The notes under the pieces are model-generated. The model saw only the letters and a program-made list of their open reading frames with translations, was not told where the DNA came from and searched no databases. A stretch of DNA of 63,994 nt, counting the filler, from Octopus bimaculoides (taxonomy: Eukaryota), in the NCBI RefSeq assembly GCF_001194135.2. It is 7 parts of 6 records of this genome, joined end to end, with 100 filler letters (N's around TTAATTAATTAA, not from the genome) between each part and the next. Parts side by side here need not be neighbours in the genome. Positions count along the whole stretch, not along the records: positions 19,745 to 42,967 come from NC_068995.1; 6 more parts are not named here. One strand, written 5' to 3'. A program made the position numbers and the translations under genes. Each line of letters opens with the position of its first letter. Positions within the stretch are counted from its first letter, which is position 1. This document shows, in pieces, positions 25,876 through 37,844 of this stretch.

Positions 25876-27460
25876 ACAAGATTTGATAAAATGGAACAGA
25901 GAGTGGAAGCTCGAACCATTGTTGTTGCTGTTGCTGGTGGTGATGGAGACAAGGAAAGGTGCCACACACTGGTGAATGTATTGAATATAGGGAACAAAAA
26001 AGGTTTAAGTTATTTGTATTATTATTACTTTTATCGTTATTCTCGCTATCGTTGTTGTTAATTATTCTGTCTGTAACGGTGGTGGAAGTTGTGGTAGTAT
26101 TCTGGATAGTGTTAGTAGGATAGGTGGGTTATAGTTATGGTCTAACGTATGGGGTTCAGTGCTGGAGCTGTGTATATGTTGGGTGCTCGTGTATCAGAGT
26201 TGTTATAGTGTAAGTTTTGATAGTAGAGAGAAAGCTTTTCTTTATTAGAGGCTGCTAATAACATCACCCCTACTCACATATCTCACACTTATTCACTCTT
26301 TACCTTCACATCTCTTCCTATCCCTCCCCACTCCTCTCCCAACCCCCGCTCACATTATCGTGACCACCAACTAACACTCCTTTTCTCACTTCTTTCACCC
26401 TTTCTTCACTCTGTTTTTCTACTCTTTTAATTTTCTCTCTTGCTTTTTTCTCCCTTTTTTCTCTTTTTCTCTCTCTTTCTTCTCATTTTGTCCTCCTGTT
26501 TTCATTTTGACCTATCTTCTCATTCTAATCATACTCATCTCCCCCTACCATCTATCCATAAATACTACCAATACATTCTCAAATTTTCATTCACACCACA
26601 AGACCCTTTCGAATGAACAACACATAATTCACGGCTCCATACTTTGAAATGACTAAACATGAACTACTATTGGAACTTACATACCATGAACAGTAAACGT
26701 TTTTACCACTTCTATACACCACTTTCCTCGAATAATGGAACTGCAACTACAATATCTTTATAAATTTTATATTTCATTTCTACTTTCATTCTCTTATTTC
26801 CCTCTATATTCCTTATCTCCTCCTTTTCCATAATAATTCCTTATTTCGAACTGAAATATTTACCTCTATTTAACCATCTCACATCGTCTCTGGTGAAGGG
26901 ATATCCATAATATCCCAGAAACAGCTGTAAGACTATATCTATATCTTTTCCCTTATAAATGTCCTGAAATCTCACAGCCTTGACTTTGTTATTTCTTTTT
27001 GTCTAATATATATATATGCATTCTAATACAAGACCCACATTAGACTCCTCACTCGTATCACTATCGAACCAAGAGTTTAACTATGGTCTGTCCATAGCAC
27101 TTACTTAGCGTTACCTGCCACTCTTTGGATATTCTAGATACCAATACGTCTCATATATATATATGTATGTATGTATATACATACACACACACATATACAC
27201 ACTCGCACGTGCACGCGCGCACACACACAGACACACACAAAACTTGTAAAGTAGACCGCCTGTTTTGAAACAACAGCAAAGATAAGCGAAGAGAGAAAGT
27301 AAGAGCAGCCACTTAATGAAGCGATATAAACAACATTACAAGATTTGATGAGGTGGAACAGAGAGTGGAAGCTCGAACCATTGTTGTTGGGGGGGGGGTG
27401 ATGGGGACAAGAAGAGATGTCACACAGGTGTATGTATTGAATATGGGGAACAAAAAAAGG
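25873..27460 (+). repeat. Pair of ~130-bp diverged direct repeats (25873-26003 and 27335-27460)
   Basis: Both contain ATTACAAGATTTGAT..GGAACAGAGAGTGGAAGCTCGAACCATTGTTGTTG..ATGTATTGAATAT.GGGAACAAAAAA. Confidence 0.85.
26883..26936 (+). ncRNA. Type-I hammerhead ribozyme-like motif
   Basis: AUCGUCU-CUGGUGA-A-GGGAUAU ccaua AUAUCCC-A-GAAA-CAGCUG-UA-AGACUAU: stem I (6 of 7 bp), 7-bp stem II, palindrome ACAGCUGU, GUA cleavage triplet. Confidence 0.55.
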
Positions 27461-27752
27461 ACAGGGACAAAGGAGCAGCACGACTGTACTGTCTGTCTGT
27501 GTGTCTGAAGGTCTTCGCATTGGTATACAAACATTTGTAGTACCTTACATTGTACCAAGCCCCCACCTGAATGCTATAGATAAACAGATAAACATAATTG
27601 TTATAGATAAACACATGTATATAAATATATATACAACAGGAGCGGGTAGTGAATGGAAGAAGTAGGTAACAATGACAGCAACAATAGTGGTATCATCACC
27701 ACAACCACCATCATCACTACTGCTGCTGTTGCCTCTGCTGCTGCTGCTGCTG

Positions 27753-27803
<51 letters not shown>

Positions 27804-28494
27804 TTTGCTGCTGCTGCTGGTACAAATACGAACGACAACAGCGATAACATTTGCATCGTACCTATTACAACAGCTATTGTGACTACTACCACAATGACCA
27901 CCACTTCCCCCACCAATTCCACCAACACTGCCACCGTCGCAAATTCCTCCACCGGCAGCACCACCACTACCATAAGCATCCCATGTATCATATACTTGTA
28001 ACACTTCAGGAAAGAGTGTCAATGTATTTCTAATGATGATGATGATGATGATGATGTATAGAATGTGTAGAGGGATGAGGAGAGAAGAAACAAGTGCATC
28101 CCTCCCTCGACGAGTTAACTGTAGGATATGACAAGCTCCGTTCTTTACTTTTGACTTTGTCCATCTCGATGAGCCCCGCGGTAATTGACCACAGCCTGAA
28201 CAGATCAATGTCTATAGTAGTAAAAACAATGGTCATCATTGGAAATGCTTGAGACAGAGAGAGTTTCGGTAAAGAGAAGTTTGAGGTGGGCCAAACAGGG
28301 AGGCCAGATCGAGGTATTTTGAGATAGGCCAAAAGTTTTGTTGAACCATGGTCTGTTAGATAGATGTGATTAATGATCAATGGGGGTATCATCAGGACAG
28401 CGTCAGCAGGTCAGATATGAGGAAAGAAAGAACTGTATGTTAGGCCGGATATTTGTAATGGACTGTCACTTTCGGATAAACATCAACACCATCT

Positions 28495-28710
28495 TCATAT
28501 TGATTTCAAATTTTGGCGCAAGGTCAGCAATTTCGGGGGTGCAGGGGTAAGTCGATTACATTGACCCCAGTACTCAACTAGTACTTATTTTATCGACCAA
28601 AAAGGATGAAAGGCACAGTGGATCTCGGCGGAATTTGAACTCAGAACGTGAAGACAGACGAAATGGCGCTAAGCATTTCACCCCGCGTGCTAACGACTCT
28701 GCCAGCTCGC
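28495..28710 (-). mobile_element. tRNA-derived SINE (family A)
   Basis: Minus: GCGAGCTGGCAGAGTCGTTAGC..GAGTTCAAATTCCGCC; same family as 33480-33682. Confidence 0.8.
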
Positions 28711-29645
28711 TGTCTTGCACCATCTTCATATTACATTTACTTTTCTCATACCAGCATAAGTCCAACAAATGCTGAGATACTNNNNNNNNNNNNNNNNNNN
28801 NNNNNNNNNNNNNNNNNNNNNNNNNNNNNNNNNNNNNNNNNNNNNNNNNNNNNNNNNNNNNNNNNNNNNNNNNNNNNNNNNNNNNNNNNNNNNNNNNNNN
28901 NNNNNNNNNNNNNNNNNNNNNNNNNNNNNNNNNNNNNNNNNNNNNNNNNNNNNNNNATATAAGAAGGGATGGTATTATTAAAATATCATCACGCGTGGCA
29001 AGCGAGTTATCAGCTATACAGTAAATTAATAATATATATATATACAATATAAGATATACTTGTATAGTTATATATAATGTATGTGTGTATGTGTGTGTAC
29101 GTATGTTTATATATTATAGATATGCATTATATATATTTATACGCCTCCCCGCGCATACGCATAATCCACTAGTATCCGCTAAGTTCCCGGCTCTTAGATT
29201 CCACTCATTAAGCTTTGGTGCCTAAAGTACCGTTGGATGGAATCGAACTAGGATCTACGTGGTTGTGAGGCAATCTTCCTTCCAGGCCTTACTGCTAGAA
29301 CCATGTAATGTTGCACATGTTTAACGGGAATATTATATGAGACTGGCTTTCAATGCAGCCATGAAGGTCAAGACACGTTGAAGAGGAGGGAAAACTCGTA
29401 AAAATAAACTATTGACATTTTGTCAGATTAGGAAAAGAGATAAGAGAATTAGACCAAGGACAGACTTAGAAATACTTAAGAATAAATGTACGTGGTAGAA
29501 TAATACCACTTGCAAATAACGGAAGGGTGGGAGGAAGAGTGAAAGGGGCAAGAAGGAAGTAAGGCATATCGTGGTTTTATTAGGCTGATATTTAAAACTG
29601 AACGAAATTTTTCAATGTTTGAGTAGGAGAATGTATCAAATTTGT

Positions 29646-29935
29646 TTTTATCATTACACTAAACATAAGACTAGAGATAGATGTTGATTCTTTAATCATT
29701 GCACTTTATACAAGACTAAAGACGGAAGGTGACTCTTTTATCATGGCAATAAACATAAGACTAATGACAAAAAGTGATTCTTTTACAATTGCAATAAACA
29801 TAAGACCAATGACAAAGAATGAACTTTTTTCCATTATACTAACCAAATCTTTTATCATTGCACCAGATGCAAGACTAAAGACAGAAGGTGATTCTTTTAT
29901 CATTGCAATAAACATAGGATTAAAGACAGACGATG
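29646..29935. repeat. Minisatellite, ~45-bp unit, ~6 degenerate copies
   Basis: Unit TTTTATCATTGCAATAAACATAAGACTAAAGACAGAAGGTGATTC; gives the 15-aa repeat MFIAMIKESPSVFSL on the minus strand. Confidence 0.8.
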
Positions 29936-31021
29936 GTTCATGGTATGGTAGTCTGAATGGGTATCAACAATAGTGTTGTTTAGCTAAGCGTCGCTTGTGA
30001 TTCATAAGACTGTCACCAAAGTCGTTCCTGCTACCACTACCTACTTGTTTATTACTCCTTGTATGACATGGTATGTCTAAAATTACATTATCCAGTGTGT
30101 TCTTTGTTAAGATGGAAGGGCGTGATTTAAGGAAGATTTAGCTGTTATTACTAGCAAGTTGGGTATCTGCATAGAGGCACCCTCGTTGACTCAAGAACAA
30201 TATATTTTAAAACTGACAGAAAGTCTTTTTAATGATTTATTTTTCTGGAGGAAGAGGTGGTGATCATTATTTACAGCATGACCATAGAAATTACCGAAAT
30301 AAAATCCAGAATGTAGTCATTAAATAGTTAGAGGCAATAAAATGGACAACGGAATGAAGAAAAACAGAGAAATTCAATAATATATATTGTAAATGCTCCA
30401 TCTTTACTGACGTTTGTCACCTTTTTGTACTTACTCGTTGTCAATGGCATTTCTGACTTTCTGACCATGACCTCTTAGATGACTATTCCATCCTTCTGTA
30501 GATCTGCGTGGCTTGAAGCATAGGTGACTAACGAAAGTTGTGATGTACATTCCCAACTACTTAGGTCTGCACACGTCGCCCCTCTTCCAATGCCATAATG
30601 GATGGAATGACAAATGAGGTCGTCATAATGAAACATCTGCACGTAGTTGGATTATAATGGTTAGACACCTGTATAACACGAATATCGCTCTATGAGTCTT
30701 CGCGATTAATAACCAAGTGACAGGCCGATGCAATATGAGCAGGAATCAGGTGAAACAGCTCTGACACTAACCAAGGGGATAGCTACGTCTCCGCGCTCAT
30801 ATGAATTGTCATCGCATATGTTAGTTAACCCATAGCTAGGATCCTGGTTGGTGCTACTACTTCGTGACAGAGTAGAATCCAGAAACAATATGCGTTACGA
30901 GGTGGTTCCACATTCCTCAAAATCTTGGCACTCCCGAACGAGAGTCCTACTACCAGATGCAGTTTAAAATCATACCCGGACATACAATATACATACATAC
31001 ATACATGCATGCATACATACA

Positions 31022-31057
<36 letters not shown>

Positions 31058-31150
31058 CATCTATATATATGTGTGTGTGAGTGTACACACACACATATAT
31101 ATATAGGCATACGTATATATGTACGTATATATATATATATATAAATATAT

Positions 31151-31236
31151 ATAAAATTATAATACAGGGTATCAAGAGATACCACAGCGTGGTGGTATCT
31201 CTTGATACCCTGTATATTATAATTTTAAATAATTAT
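31151..31236. repeat. Palindromic 86-bp unit with 48-bp hairpin core (31165-31212) flanked by TA; copy 1
   Basis: TA-CAGGGTATCAAGAGATACCAC agcgtg GTGGTATCTCTTGATACCCTG-TA; perfect 21-bp arms. Confidence 0.85.
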
Positions 31237-31684
31237 TACCTTTGATGGTTTTTATTCCCATGCTGACCACTTGATAAGATCAATATTTTAAATATCGATC
31301 TTATCCTTATTTATATATATATATATATATATNNNNNNNNNNNNNNNNNNNNNNNNNNNNNNNNNNNNNNNNNNNNNNNNNNNNNNNNNNNNNNNNNNNN
31401 NNNNNNNNNNNNNNNNNNNNNNNNNNNNNNNNNNNNNNNNNNNNNNNNNNNNNNNNNNNNNNNNNNNNNNNNNNNNNNNNNNNNNNNNNNNNNNNNNNNN
31501 NNNNNNNNNNNNNNNNNNNNNNNNNNNNNNNNNNNNNNNNNNNNNNNNNNNNNNNNNNNNNNNNNNNNNNNNNNNNNNNNNNNNNNNNNNNNNNNNNNNN
31601 NNNNNNNNNNNNNNNNNNNNNNNNNNNNNNNNNNNNNNNNNNNNNNNNNNNNNNNNNNNNNNNNNNNNNNNNNNNNNNNNNNNN

Positions 31685-31770
31685 ATAAAATTATAATACA
31701 GGGTATCAAGAGATACCACAGCGTGGTGGTATCTCTTGATACCCTGTATATTATAATTTTAAATAATTAT
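31685..31770. repeat. Identical second copy of the 86-bp palindromic unit (core 31699-31746)
   Basis: Matches 31151-31236 base for base; starts at a gap edge. Confidence 0.85.
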
Positions 31771-32241
31771 GTTCTCTAGCCAGCAACATATACTGCAGTG
31801 AATTATCCTCTGCAGAACTGTTTCCGGAATTTAGCGCGCCAGAGCTGAGACATTTGAAAATAATCCCAATGTAATCGGTAGAACTGTACGCACGTCAGAT
31901 TTTATGAAAACAATTCATGTATAGTTCTGCAAATTATATTGATTTTAGAACGATTGTGCTGACGAACTACGGACGTTTTTACATAAGTAAAAAAGTTAAT
32001 GGCGAAACCGGTACACAATTAATTCTTTATTCTGTATATTTTTCATTTTGTCTTGCCCGCCTATGCTCTGGTGTTTGCTGAATTTATTTCTGGAGAACAT
32101 AATTTTTCTTTGTGGTTGGGTCGTTGATGACCACTTTCTAGCATATTGGGTGTCCACTTAGTGGTCATCCTTTCTTATACACATGTAATACAATTTTTCA
32201 GAATTATATATATATATATACACGCGCGCACACAAACACAC

Positions 32242-32274
<33 letters not shown>

Positions 32275-32429
32275 TGTATGTATGTATGTATGTATGTTTG
32301 TATGTATGTATGTATGTATGTATGTATATGCATTCATGTGTATGGCGCTTTTACTGGGAAGCTGCTACAATGCAAATAAAGGTTCGCAAATGAAGCTCTA
32401 TAAATGGTTTTTATTTCCAAATATGCAGC

Positions 32430-33000
32430 TACTGGATTTACCGTTTTGGATGTTGAGTTTTAAGGTCTTCCACCAATCACCCTCATCAGGGTACATTTCT
32501 GATGTGATTTTGTGGTCTTGGAGGGTCGGGAGAACTTGTATGTGCATGATGATCCCACTAGGTCACATATCGCCGGAAGTACCATTAGCACTGATTACCT
32601 GTCCATCTTGTATCCCAAATTGACAACTATCCAGGAGCCAAGGTATTTACCAATGTCCCTAATGGTGATCTCTGTATTTCTTTCTCCCAAATGTTGTAGG
32701 ACTATTTTATAGTAGAGTGTGTCTCGTATAATCTAGGCTTGTAATCTCACTGCGTCCCCTGTTTTAAAAAAAGAATAGATACGGTGTCATATGTCTTCCT
32801 CTTAATAATAAAGGAAAGTTAATTTAATGTGTCTGTAGGAGCCATCTGTAAATCTTTCTTGGATTGAACAAGGAAAGACCCCGTGACTTTGGAAAGGCAC
32901 AGTTATGTTACTCTCTTCGTCCAGTGAAACTCCTTGATACATTCAGGGTGACTGGCGCTCGTTTTCTGAACAAACTGCTGTCATGATTTAGTTTTGTCAA
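32430..33000 (-). mobile_element. Possible decayed PLE 3' region with hammerhead-like core
   Basis: Minus: CUGAUGA GGGUG..CAUCC AAAA CGGUA (GAAA decayed) at 32430-32494; upstream frame only weakly PLE-like (SHPECIK). Confidence 0.25.
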
Positions 33001-33479
33001 CTAAGTATTTTAGAGCTTTTTCTTGCTCGAAAATACGTTCGTGAACGAAGGCATTTTATTAGCGTCCACCACACTTTCGTTTGGAAAAGTACTTGCATAC
33101 GCTCTGTTGTTGCTGTTGCCAAAGGTGTTGTCTGCATTTTTATATTATTTAAAAATCAAACATTATTTTTTCTTACCAGTTTTTTTTTTGCGTGTATGCG
33201 TTCATTAATATTTGTTTTACATATTTTTGCTTGTTTTTTTTTATTTGAAGAATTTCTTTAATTTTTTTTTTTTTTGTAGTTCGGTCGTGGGGATCGAGTC
33301 CCGTACAAGACGCTCATCCTAGCATGGAGTTCGACAAGGAAATAAAAATGGAAATATTAAATAAAAACCTTATTATCTAACCCACAATACACAGTAGCTA
33401 TTTAACAATTGTTCAATAATAGACTCTCTTCGGAATATTTAAAATCAGGCTAGTTTTCATCAGTTACACTTGAAGAACA

Positions 33480-33682
33480 TTCTTTTCTACTCTAGGCATA
33501 AGGCCCGAAATCTTTTTTTTTTTTTGGTTGGGGAGTCGATTAGATCTGGCACTTAATTTATCGACCCCGAAAGGATGAAAAGCAAAGTCGACCTCGGCGG
33601 AATTTGAACTCAGAACGTAACGGCAGACGAAATACCGCTAAGCATTTCGCCCGGTGTGCTAACGTTTCTGTCAGCTCGCCGC
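33480..33682 (-). mobile_element. tRNA-derived SINE (family A)
   Basis: Shares GGCGGAATTTGAACTCAGAACGT..GACGAAAT..GCTAAGCATTTC..GCCAGCTCGC-type body with 28495-28710. Confidence 0.8.
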
Positions 33683-34332
33683 TTGAAGAACATTGAGGAT
33701 ATGTGGATGCAAAACTTTTGCGCATTCGAAACGGTATCAACAGCCAACGACGACGACGACGACGATGATGGTTCCTGGCATGGGTAAAAAGCTATGAATA
33801 TTGATGAACAGAGGACAATTGATCGGATGAACCTTGGTGCTTCATAATCATTTATTTCCTTAAACTACCTTAAGAGATTCCAGGGAAAATAACCACAGAA
33901 AAATAACTGCGGTTCTTTCTGTGACTTAATTTCTTTGCCAAAATTGCGACTTTATTCCCCAACCAAAATTTAATTTACTGGCCGAAATTGCGACTATTGT
34001 GACAATTTCCCAGCTACATCTTCAATGTATTTCCCTTCAGTAAAGGCAAAATCAATGCGAAGTGATGGGTGTGTGTACGATAGGAGGTACACATACTTTT
34101 AAACAACATCAATGTTCTTGTTGCGTAACGCAAGTCAGCCTTAGTCAAAAAGACTTATGAACAAAAGACTCTCCATCTATGACAATCTAGCCTTTTTTAA
34201 AATCATCCTCTCCCTGCGAAAATATTTTCATATCAGTTCTTTGCTGTTGTTTTCAGATGGCTAAGGTTTAATTTTGGGACGATTTGGTTGCTATCAGGCC
34301 TGACCTGGGGCTGAACAACAATGACAGCATAG

Positions 34333-34670
34333 GTAAGCATGGCTGTGTGGCTAAGAAGCTTACTTTGTTACCACATGGTTTGGGGTTCAGTCCCATTGTC
34401 CGGTATCTTGGGCAAGTGTTTTCCACTATAGTCCTGGGCCGATCAATGTTTCGTGAGTGAATTTAGTATTGGTTTGTATACGTCCCCGTAACTTTGTGGT
34501 TTGCAATAAGAGTACTCTAAAATAAGTATCAGATCTAAAATACCGTCCATCCCCCCTCCCCCCAAAAAACAACAACAGCAAAATTCCAAACGTACTGGGG
34601 TAGATTTGTTCGACTAAAACCCTTCGAGGCGGTGTCGCAATCCAATGACTGAAACAAGCAAAAATAAAAC
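34333..34670 (+). mobile_element. tRNA-derived SINE (family B)
   Basis: Head TGGCTGTGTGG..GGTTCAGTCCC; tail AATGACTGAAACAAG. Confidence 0.7.
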
Positions 34671-35021
34671 GTATTTAGATTAGATATTGAACCCGTAAAG
34701 CTTTCTTCCGTCATTTCCAAGAAAAGTTTCTCTTCGCTCTCTTCTTCTCGCTCTCTTTCCCTCTCTCTGTCACTCTCTTTTTTCTCTCCTTGTTGTCCTC
34801 TCTCTTCTTTTCTCTTTCTCTCCCGCATTCTTTCTTTCTCTTTTCCTCTCTGGTAGAAAGACCATGATGACATTTATTCCCGAAGAGAAATTTGAGCCAA
34901 AGTAAACAGCTAACCTTGAGATGGATAACAAACACAACAACCAGCAGAAACACAAGGCCAAACATTTCTGGGTGGGTGCGGTATTAAAAGGGGGTGTGAT
35001 CAACAACAGCAGCTATATTAT

Positions 35022-35055
<34 letters not shown>

Positions 35056-35596
35056 ATCCACCAACAAGAATAAACAACATTGAAGTAGTCAGGTTTAGAC
35101 TGATAAAGCGTGTGGGGTTTGGGCGGGGGGTATAAGTGGTAGATAAGTAGTGTGTGTGTGTGTGCGTTCGTGCGTATGTAAATCTGTATGTGTGTGTTTG
35201 TGTACGTGTGTGTGTATCTGTTTGTGTATATATGTGTGTTCGTGTTCGTGTATATTTGTGTGTGTGTATATGTGCGTGTATATGTGTGTGTGTGTGTTCA
35301 TGTGTATGTGTGTGTATATGTGTATGTGTCTAAATGGCTAACGTTTGACATACCAACGAGGTTGATAAACAAATGGAACAACAATGAGGTCGCGAGATGC
35401 ATGGATTGGCACCGTGTTTGTGCATGTGTATACGTATACACTTGTGTTTGCGTGGGGTGCTTAAAGTAAATGTGTGTGTGTGTCTGTGTGTGAGTATTTG
35501 AGTACAAGTACATATACATGTGTAGGGAGTGCCTAGTGCGTGCGCGTGTATCTATACACAGTAGTAACAATAATAATCCAGAGATGGAAATATTAC

Positions 35597-35921
35597 AATG
35601 CATCGCTACGCGCGTTTCCACAAATCCCATGTTTCTGAAGATCATAGTCCGTATTCCTGGGATGATTACAGTGCAGTTCGTAGTATCCATGGACATCGGG
35701 TTGACCATGTTTATGTATTCATTTCTTCGGGTGAAATGGCATTAATGGATGTTTAACTGAGGGTACCCTCCATTAATGCTATTTCGCCCGAAAAATTGCA
35801 TGCAAGAACACGATAAATCCGATGTCCATGGTTACTACGGGCTGCTTTGTAGTCATCCCAGGAAAACGGACCATGATCTTAAGAAACATAGGATTCGTGG
35901 AAACGCGCGTAGCGATGCATT
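35597..35921. mobile_element. Foldback/MITE-like palindrome (~150-bp arms, ~20-bp spacer)
   Basis: AATGCATCGCTACGCGCGTTTCCAC.. and ..GTGGAAACGCGCGTAGCGATGCATT; complementarity continues to the inner GCATTAATGGA / TCCATTAATGC. Confidence 0.85.
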
Positions 35922-35944
35922 AAAACATTTATAAATTCGATCCA

Positions 35945-36245
35945 AGGAAGTGTCTTGTACTACAGCCTGGGGCCCTACAAAAGCCTTGTGAGTGGATGTG
36001 GCAGACGGAGTCTGATAGAAGCCCGTTGTTTAAATCTCTGCGTGCGTGTCTTTGTATCTGCGTTCGTCCCTTCTTACTACTTGACAACCGGTGTTGGTGT
36101 GTTTACGTCCCCATGCCTTAGCGGTTCGGCAAAAGAAACCGATAGAAAAAACTTTGAAAATGTCCTGGAATCGATTTTTATCAACCCTTCAAGGTGGTGC
36201 CCCAACATGGCTGCAGTCAAATGACTGAAACAAGTAAAAAATATA
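35945..36245 (+). mobile_element. SINE family B, head-truncated
   Basis: AAAGCCTTGTGAGTGGAT..CTTGACAACCG..GTTTACGTCCCC..CAAATGACTGAAACAAGTAAAA. Confidence 0.7.
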
Positions 36246-36247
36246 TA

Positions 36248-37139
36248 CAGTAATCCCTCGGCTCTCGCAGGTGCTACGTTCCAAAACCCCACTGCGAAAG
36301 GTGAAAATCCGCGAAGTATAAACAGTACCGTATATATCTTTTTTGTTATTTTTATAATTTATATATATCTATTTTAATATTTTTACTCACCCCACACTCT
36401 TAAGAGTACTCGTGTCGTCTTTTTTTTTTTTTTGCCTCTCGAGTTTCGTTTTCCATACAGTATGTGCGATTCCTTGTTTACTCATCTACGGTACACTACG
36501 TATTCTCTTTTAATATATTTAAATTAATGTGTTCTGCATTGCAGTACTGTACTGTATTTTTACCTCCGTTTTAGCGAAGGTGGGGGTATTGTTGCAGTCG
36601 TGTTTGTTTGTCCGTGGACAATATATCTCAAGAACCGCTGGATGGATTCGGATGAAACTTTCAGGGATGTTTAGTCTCATGGCTGGCACGAACTGATTAG
36701 ATTTTGGGATCGATCCGGTATCGGACAAGGATTTTGGATTAGTTTTCCTGTTTTTTTTGTTTTTTTTACTTAATTTTTTGAGAGCGGTCGGCTTCATTTT
36801 TAGTATTCTTGCTGGTGAGAGCAGTCGAGTTTATTTCAGCTATTCTCATTTCAAAAATCATCACCGGCTAATCATTGGGAGGACGTTGGTGTTGTCTTGG
36901 CGGAGGTTTGTGCTCTCTGAGTGCTCTTGTTATTTATTAAGTTATTAATTTTTAGGAGAGAAAATGCTTATTTTACCACAGAAATAATTAAAATCAAAGA
37001 AAATATATATACCTATCGGCCGCAGAAACGCGCGATATACTGAGGAGTCTGCGATATAAATTTACATATATTAGCTATAAAATATCCGCGATGTACTGAA
37101 GGCGCGATAGGTGAACCGCGATATGGCGATTGATTACTG
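36248..37139. mobile_element. Non-autonomous pogo/Tigger-like DNA transposon with TA target duplication
   Basis: TA-CAGTAATCCCTCG.. and ..GCGATTGATTACTG-TA termini; subterminal CCGCGA repeats at both ends. Confidence 0.7.
36560..36932 (+). mobile_element. Helentron-associated (HINE/DINE-1-like) element nested in the Tigger-like element
   Basis: Subterminal inverted repeat ACCTCCG (36562) / CGGAGGT (36901), GTTT/GTCC microsatellite near the 5' end, short 3' stem-loop GCTCTCTGAGTGC, T-rich flanks. Confidence 0.5.
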
Positions 37140-37844
37140 TATACTCCTCTCACTCACACTATATGTATATACATGCATACATTATACATACATACACATT
37201 TTTATGTGTGTGTGCTTGTTTGTGTATATATACACAAATATGTGTATGTATGTATTCATACACAGATACATATATGTATACATGTGTGTGTTTTGTGTGT
37301 TTGTGTAGTACAAAAGGTGAGAAGATAAAAGTTAATTTCGGGAAGTGATCGGGTGATAGTGTTGATGGTATTGATGGTAGTGGTGGTGGTGGTAGTGGTT
37401 AGGTATGTCAGTTTGTTTTCTATGGGAAGGAAGAAAAACTATAACTCTAAACAATCCAAATCCCCTGCCTCACCCCCTGGCATCGCGCCTCCTTCCGACA
37501 CCCTGCAGATAAACAACAGCAATAATAATACTTAGAGTAATAAATACTCTACCTTCACCAGTAGGGTATACCGACCGTACATAAATGAAAATACATATAC
37601 ATACCCAAACAAGTACACGTGTATAAATACAAGTATATACATATATTTACACGTATATACGAAGTAAAATCCTATTATCCATCTCCACTACATGCGTATT
37701 TGATCAGAATAATAACGGAGTAAACATATATGTATACATAATAAATATATATGTATACATAATTATATATGTATATAAATATACATATATAAATAAATAT
37801 ATATGTATATTTATATACATATATAAATAAATATATATGTATAC

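Noticed and set aside
28050-28440. Possible old CR1-like RT remnant on the minus strand
   Set aside because: Resemblance (FLISDL..) too weak to call.
29646-29935. Regular repeats resembling a CRISPR array
   Set aside because: Tandem minisatellite without unique spacers, in eukaryotic DNA with no cas genes.
37422-37535. ORF starting MGRKK (MADS/MEF2-like start)
   Set aside because: The following residues (NYNSKQSKSP) do not match a MADS box and the frame closes after 37 codons.
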